DNA from: Halobacteriales archaeon QS_6_71_20
GTDB lineage: Archaea > Halobacteriota > Halobacteria > Halobacteriales > Haloferacaceae
Length of the DNA stretch: 64,000 nucleotides
Assembly: GCA_003020945.1 (NCBI GenBank)
Contig: PXRU01000003.1
Location: forward strand, 72,947 to 136,946
Reading direction: 5' to 3'
Positions within the stretch are counted from its first letter, which is position 1. The number at the start of each line of letters is the position of its first letter. Shown one piece after another: positions 59,138 to 64,000 of this stretch. A model generated the notes under the pieces. It was given only the letters and a program-made list of their open reading frames with translations, was not told where the DNA came from and searched no databases. The position numbers and the translations under genes were made by a program.

Positions 59138-60901
59138 ATGTCAAACGGTGACGATACCACGGGCGAGATATCCGACGGATTGCAGGTGGAGCTGTTCCAC
59201 CCGGAATCCGACCGAGAGCCGGGCGATACGAACATCCAGCGGTTCGGCTTCGACATCCATCCCGTCGTCTTCCCGATCGCGCTGGTGACCATCGGGGCGT
59301 TCATCGCGATCACCCTTCTCGGGCCGCAGTTCGGGTTCGACATCGCCGGCGCGTACACCTGGCTGTTCGAGTGGATCGGCAGCACCTTCGGGTGGTTCTA
59401 CCTCCTGGCGGTGAACGCCTTCATCGTCGTCCTGCTGTACTTCGCGTTCAGCAAGTACGGCAACATCAAGATCGGCGGCGTCGAAGCCGAAAAGGAGTTC
59501 AGCGACTTCTCGTGGATGGCGATGCTGTTCAGCGCGGGCATGGGGATCGGTCTCATGTTCTTCAGCGTCTCCGAGCCGTTGTACTACCTACAGACGCCGC
59601 CGAGTTTCTTCGGCGTCGAGGCCGGAACCGGCGCGGCCGGCGCGGCAGCGATGGCACAGACGTTCTTCCACTGGGGCTTCCATCCGTGGGCCGTCTACGG
59701 GCTGGTCGGGCTCGGGCTGGCGTTCTTCTCGTTTAATCGTGGGCTCCCGCTCACCTTCCGGTCGATATTCTGGCCGCTGCTCGGCGACCGTATCTACGGG
59801 TGGCCGGGCCACCTGATCGACCTCGTGACGGTGTTCGCGACGCTGTTCGGCCTCTCGACGTCGTTAGGGCTGGGCGTCGCACAGGTGAACACCGGACTCT
59901 CGTACGTGCTCGGGGGTGAGATGCTCGGGATCGCCAGTATTCCGACCGGCACTATTCCGCAGGTCCTGCTCATCGCAGCGATCACTGGCATCGCGACGCT
60001 GTCCGTTGCGGCAGGGCTCGACGGTGGGGTCAAACGATTGAGTACTCTGAACCTCTACATAATGTTCAGCCTGCTCGGCTTCCTGCTCGTCGTCGGCCCG
60101 ACGGTCTACATCTTCGGCGCGTGGGTCGAGGGGCTCGGCATGTACCTGCAGAACGTCATCGGGCTGGGCTTTTTCACCGGGACGCTCGGCGCGGCGGCCA
60201 ACGGGACGCCGACCGCGTGGACCGTCTTCTACTGGGGCTGGTGGATAGCGTGGTCGCCGTTCGTCGGCATGTTCATCGCGCGTATCTCGAAGGGACGGTC
60301 CGTCCGGGAGTTCATCCTGGGCGTCCTGTTCCTGCCCGCGCTGTTCTCGACGCTGTGGCTGTCGACGTTCGGTGGCTCGGCGCTGTTCAATTCGCTGGCC
60401 GGCAACGGCGCGGCGATGGCGACCTACAACGAGGTCGGACAGACCGTCGCGATGTTCGCCGTGCTCCAGCAGTTTCCGCTCGGCGCGGTGTCGGGGCTGC
60501 TGGCGACGCTTCTGGTCATCACGTTCTTCGTCACCTCCTCCGACTCGGGGTCGCTGGTCATCGATCACCTGACCTCCGGCGGGAAACACGACGTGCCGAA
60601 GACCCAGCGCATCTTCTGGGCGGTCACCGAGGGCGTGGTCGCTTCGCTGCTGCTCGTCGGCGGCGGGTTGTCGGCACTCCAGACGGCGGCCATCACGACG
60701 GGGCTGCCGTTCGCGTTCATCCTCTGTCTGATGTGTTACACCGTGTATCTCGGGCTCGACAACGAGTACGAGATACTCGAGTCGGAGGCGTTCGCGGAGC
60801 GCATCCAGGACATGACCGTGGAGGACGATATGGACGTAGTCACCGCCGGCGACGAGATGGTGACCGACATCAGAGAGGAGGACACGACGAGCAGCGACTG
60901 A
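59138..60901 (+). CDS. BCCT-family (betaine/choline/carnitine) transporter
   Basis: SWMAMLFSAGMGIGLMF, FHWGFHPWAVY, WTVFYWGWWIAWSPFVGMFIARISKGR, FFVTSSDSG. Confidence 0.96.
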   Translation: MSNGDDTTGEISDGLQVELFHPESDREPGDTNIQRFGFDIHPVVFPIALVTIGAFIAITLLGPQFGFDIAGAYTWLFEWIGSTFGWFYLLAVNAFIVVLLYFAFSKYGNIKIGGVEAEKEFSDFSWMAMLFSAGMGIGLMFFSVSEPLYYLQTPPSFFGVEAGTGAAGAAAMAQTFFHWGFHPWAVYGLVGLGLAFFSFNRGLPLTFRSIFWPLLGDRIYGWPGHLIDLVTVFATLFGLSTSLGLGVAQVNTGLSYVLGGEMLGIASIPTGTIPQVLLIAAITGIATLSVAAGLDGGVKRLSTLNLYIMFSLLGFLLVVGPTVYIFGAWVEGLGMYLQNVIGLGFFTGTLGAAANGTPTAWTVFYWGWWIAWSPFVGMFIARISKGRSVREFILGVLFLPALFSTLWLSTFGGSALFNSLAGNGAAMATYNEVGQTVAMFAVLQQFPLGAVSGLLATLLVITFFVTSSDSGSLVIDHLTSGGKHDVPKTQRIFWAVTEGVVASLLLVGGGLSALQTAAITTGLPFAFILCLMCYTVYLGLDNEYEILESEAFAERIQDMTVEDDMDVVTAGDEMVTDIREEDTTSSD

Positions 60902-61020
60902 CCGTCCGCGGCTCCTTCTCTCGACGGCGCGCAGCGAGTCATGCGGATTCCGGCAACCGTTTACCGCTACGACCGCGCGACTGCGTGCGGTCGATACGGG
61001 AGTGACGGAGAGCGGTCCTA

Positions 61021-61236
61021 TCAGTAATACTCCCACTCGTCCTCGTCGTCGCCGCGCCGCACCTCGTCGTCGCCCGGCTCCTCGTCGGGCCACTCCACGC
61101 CGTCGCCTCGGAGATTTCGGTACGCGAACGCGCCGAACGCGACCAGCATCATGAGGAACAACAGCGACCCGACGGCCACGACCGCCTGCGCGAGGGAGCC
61201 GACGAGCCCGCCCCCGATCGCCTGTAGCGGCAGCAT
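61021..61236 (-). CDS. Small membrane protein with an acidic tail (71 aa)
   Basis: Single TM plus DEEPGDDEVRRGDDEDEWEYY. Confidence 0.7.
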   Translation of the reverse strand: MLPLQAIGGGLVGSLAQAVVAVGSLLFLMMLVAFGAFAYRNLRGDGVEWPDEEPGDDEVRRGDDEDEWEYY

Positions 61237-61267
61237 ACACCGACTACGACGGGCTGTGGAAAGAAAG

Positions 61268-61876
61268 CTACCGTCGTTCGGCCGCTTCCGACTCGACCGT
61301 GCGTTCCCCGTGAACCCAGTTGCGCGTCTCCTCGCCGACGCCCACGGCCGCGACGGCGACCCAGACGGACAGCGCGGAGAGCGTCGACAGCGCAACCCAC
61401 GGGACGGCACTGAGCGACGCCCCGATGACCGCGCCGACCCACGGCCGACGGACACTCTCTATCTCGGTGAGATACGCCCCGACGACGAGATAGCCGAAGC
61501 TACCGAGCGTCAGGACGGCGCCGGCGACGAGGAGGCCGCCGGCGAGTCGAACCGCGTCGCCGCCGACCCCGAGCCGACCCGCCTGCGTGAACAGATAGCC
61601 GCCGACGAACGCGACCAGCCCGAACGCGATGCCGCCGTAGACCACCGCGCTCGGGGAGCCGTCGGCCGTCCGGTCGACCGCTCGGTCGACGACCGCCGCC
61701 CGGCGGGACAGGAGGAGCGCCTCCGCGACCAACACGAGGAGGAACGCGACCGCTCCCCGGGCGACGCCGGAGAGCTCACCGATGGCCGGGAGAGCCCCGA
61801 GCTGTGCCGGCTGGGCGACGAGCGGCGTGAACACGGCTCGACGCTGGACCGAACGGGGTGAAAAGCTGTCGCTCAA
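61268..61876 (-). CDS. Hypothetical membrane protein
   Basis: Multi-TM ORF; start uncertain. Confidence 0.6.
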   Translation of the reverse strand: MSDSFSPRSVQRRAVFTPLVAQPAQLGALPAIGELSGVARGAVAFLLVLVAEALLLSRRAAVVDRAVDRTADGSPSAVVYGGIAFGLVAFVGGYLFTQAGRLGVGGDAVRLAGGLLVAGAVLTLGSFGYLVVGAYLTEIESVRRPWVGAVIGASLSAVPWVALSTLSALSVWVAVAAVGVGEETRNWVHGERTVESEAAERR

Positions 61877-61946
61877 GCCGTTCGGCGGCGTGCGAGCCGG
61901 GGGTGGGCGGGCAACTTATTTGCGTGGCCGCGTATCGGCACACGTC

Positions 61947-62366
61947 GTGACAGATCCCTTGCAGACCCTGTTTCGCGGGCTGAAGGGCACCGGACGGCGG
62001 CTACTGAAGCCGCTACGGCGCGGCGACGGCCCCAACAAGTTCCGGCTGTCGGCCGTCGACACGGCGACGACGACCCACGACGGCGACGCCGGCTGGGCGA
62101 GGCGGCCGCCCGCGACGCTGGAGTGTCCCCGATGTGGCAGCGACATCCTCCAGCACAACGCCCGCGACAGCATCGACTGTCCCCGCTGTGTCGCGGAGTT
62201 CGGCTACGAGGAGTTTCCCGAGTTGGAACTGAAGGGGCTCACCTGTCCGGTGTGTCGCAGCGAGATGGTTCACGGCCAGCGACACCCCGAGCAGTTCGAC
62301 GTCGTCGAGTGGGCCACCTGCGACGCCTGTCGCTACCACTGGGAGTTCAAACACTCGTACTCCTGA
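61947..62366 (+). CDS. Multi-zinc-ribbon (CPxCG-like) protein
   Basis: CPRC, CPRC, CPVC and CDAC motifs; GTG start inferred. Confidence 0.75.
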   Translation: MTDPLQTLFRGLKGTGRRLLKPLRRGDGPNKFRLSAVDTATTTHDGDAGWARRPPATLECPRCGSDILQHNARDSIDCPRCVAEFGYEEFPELELKGLTCPVCRSEMVHGQRHPEQFDVVEWATCDACRYHWEFKHSYS

Positions 62367-62381
62367 TCTCGCCCGGTCCGG

Positions 62382-64000
62382 CTACTCTCCGCCGGCGGCG
62401 TCGACGGTCTCCAGCACCGCCGCGTTCTCCGCCACGTCGTGCACCCGAACCACGTCGACGCCCCGTTCGGCGGCCATCGCCGTCGCCGCCAGCGTCGGCG
62501 GGAGCCGGTCGTCGGGCGTCGCACCGACCCCGGCGAACATCGACTTCCGCGAGTGGCCGACCATCACCGGACAGCCGAGCGCCCGCAGTTCGGCGATCCG
62601 GTCGAGCAGTTCGAGACTCTCCGCGCCCGTCTTCCCGAAGCCACAGCCCGGATCGACGACGATCCGCGAGCGGTCGATCCCGGCCCGCTCGGCCGCGAGT
62701 ACGCGCTCGGTCAGCTCGCCGAGCACGTCGCCGACCACGTCGTCGTACGCGGGATCCGCGTCGGGGTCGACGGGCGCGGACTCGCTGTGCATCACCACGA
62801 CCGAGGCGTCGTGGTCGGCGACGACGAACCGCATCTCCGGGTCGGCGAGCCCCGAGACGTCGTTGACGATCTCCGCGCCGGCGTCGAGCGCGGCGTCGGC
62901 GACGGCCGCCTTGCGGGTGTCGACGGACACCGGCACGTCGAGACCGTCGAGCGCGTCGACCACCGGTACGACGCGGTCGATCTCCTCGCCGGCGTCGACC
63001 GACTCCGCGCCCGGACGGGTGGACTCGCCGCCCACGTCGATTACGTCCGCGCCGTTGGCCGCCATCTCCTCCGCGCGGTCGAGGGCCGCGTCGAGGCGGT
63101 CGTACTCGCCGCCGTCGTGGAAGGAGTCCGGCGTCACGTTCAGGATGCCCATCAGGGCCGTCGAGTCGCCGTCGAGCGGCGGGGCCGGCGTGGGCGGCGC
63201 GAGCGCCGTCTCGACGTCGGTCGCCACGCTTCCCAATCCCCGTTCGTCGGTGTCCAGCGCGTCGGCGAGCGCCCGGAGGTCGCCGACGCTACCCGCCAAC
63301 ACCGTCTCGACGTGCTTCTCCGGCGCGCCGACGGCGGAGCGGCGACACGTGACGCCGACCGTCTCGGCGCGGGACGCCACCGCGGCGGCCTGCCCGCGCC
63401 GGAGCGAGGTCGTCAGGACGCGCTGGTCGACCGCCGCGGGCGCGTCGCCGTCGAACGTCGCTCCCGCGAACGTCGCGTCGGCGCTCGGTCGGCGGCCGCG
63501 CCCCTTCGGCACGACGTTCCGGGTCCAGCGGTCGCGCGCCTCGGCGACGGCGTACAGCGACCCGGTCACGAGCACGAGGTCGTCGGAATCGGCGGCAGCC
63601 AGCGCCCGCTCGGTGGCTTCCGGCACGCAGGCCACCTTTCGGACCCGGTCAGCGTGGCCGTCGAAGGCACCCGCGAGGGTGATGACCTCCTCGGCGCGGT
63701 CCACCGCCGGCCGGGTGACGAACGCGGTGTCGACCGCGGGCAGTCGCTCGATTATCCCGTCGTGGTCTTTCTCCGCCATCGCGGCGAAGACGACGTGGAG
63801 GTCGTCGTACTCGACCCGGTCGAGCAGGCGCGCGAGCGTCCCGACGGCCCCGGGGTTGTGCGCCCCGTCGAGGACGACCCGTGGCTCGGTCGCCACGGCC
63901 TCGAAACGGCCGGGTAGCGTGGCCTTCCGGAGGCCCGTGGCAATCGTGGCCGGGGCAACGTCCGCGACCTGTCGGGCCAGCGTCGCCGCGACGCCCGCGT
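62382..64000 (-). CDS. folP: Haloarchaeal FolC-linker-FolP fusion (folylpolyglutamate synthase/dihydropteroate synthase), 5' part outside the window
   Basis: LPGRFE, LDGAHNP (FolC); MGILNVTPDSFHDGG, IDVGGESTRPG, DPGCGFGK, GHSRKS (DHPS). Confidence 0.95.
   Translation of the reverse strand, partial: AGVAATLARQVADVAPATIATGLRKATLPGRFEAVATEPRVVLDGAHNPGAVGTLARLLDRVEYDDLHVVFAAMAEKDHDGIIERLPAVDTAFVTRPAVDRAEEVITLAGAFDGHADRVRKVACVPEATERALAAADSDDLVLVTGSLYAVAEARDRWTRNVVPKGRGRRPSADATFAGATFDGDAPAAVDQRVLTTSLRRGQAAAVASRAETVGVTCRRSAVGAPEKHVETVLAGSVGDLRALADALDTDERGLGSVATDVETALAPPTPAPPLDGDSTALMGILNVTPDSFHDGGEYDRLDAALDRAEEMAANGADVIDVGGESTRPGAESVDAGEEIDRVVPVVDALDGLDVPVSVDTRKAAVADAALDAGAEIVNDVSGLADPEMRFVVADHDASVVVMHSESAPVDPDADPAYDDVVGDVLGELTERVLAAERAGIDRSRIVVDPGCGFGKTGAESLELLDRIAELRALGCPVMVGHSRKSMFAGVGATPDDRLPPTLAATAMAAERGVDVVRVHDVAENAAVLETVDAAGGE

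Overview
Haloarchaeal (Halobacteria) chromosomal window: about 70% GC by eye, acidic proteins, TATA/BRE promoters. The left half (1-31 kb) is mostly core genome: peroxiredoxin, RLI/ABCE1, PINA ATPase, M20/M32/M24 peptidases, ncsA, cdrL-cdrS-ftsZ2, guaAa, tRNA-Ser(CGA) and a MoxR/DUF58/DUF4129 module. The right half (31-64 kb) is an accessory methylated-amine/osmolyte catabolism and folate C1 cluster: a DmdA-like THF methyltransferase, cyclodeaminase, glyA, an unusual Liv-type ABC transporter, MetF, two DMG/sarcosine dehydrogenase-like GcvT proteins, ilvA, a BCCT transporter and folC-folP. The most striking item is a nested, transposase-free mobile element at 51894-53606. An ORF-less, hairpin-rich IS200/IS605-derived element (LE/RE hairpins, TTCAT/ATGAA target motif, likely OMEGA RNA) sits silently in a stop codon. 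A 26-bp-TIR mini-element carrying a CAAX/CPBP protease gene has inserted into it. Also seen: four copies of a covarying REP-like hairpin element, a repeated GTCTTAC motif around cdrL/cdrS, and several frameshifted or decayed genes. No CRISPR array or intact transposase was found. All assignments come from motif recognition by eye; no searches were run.
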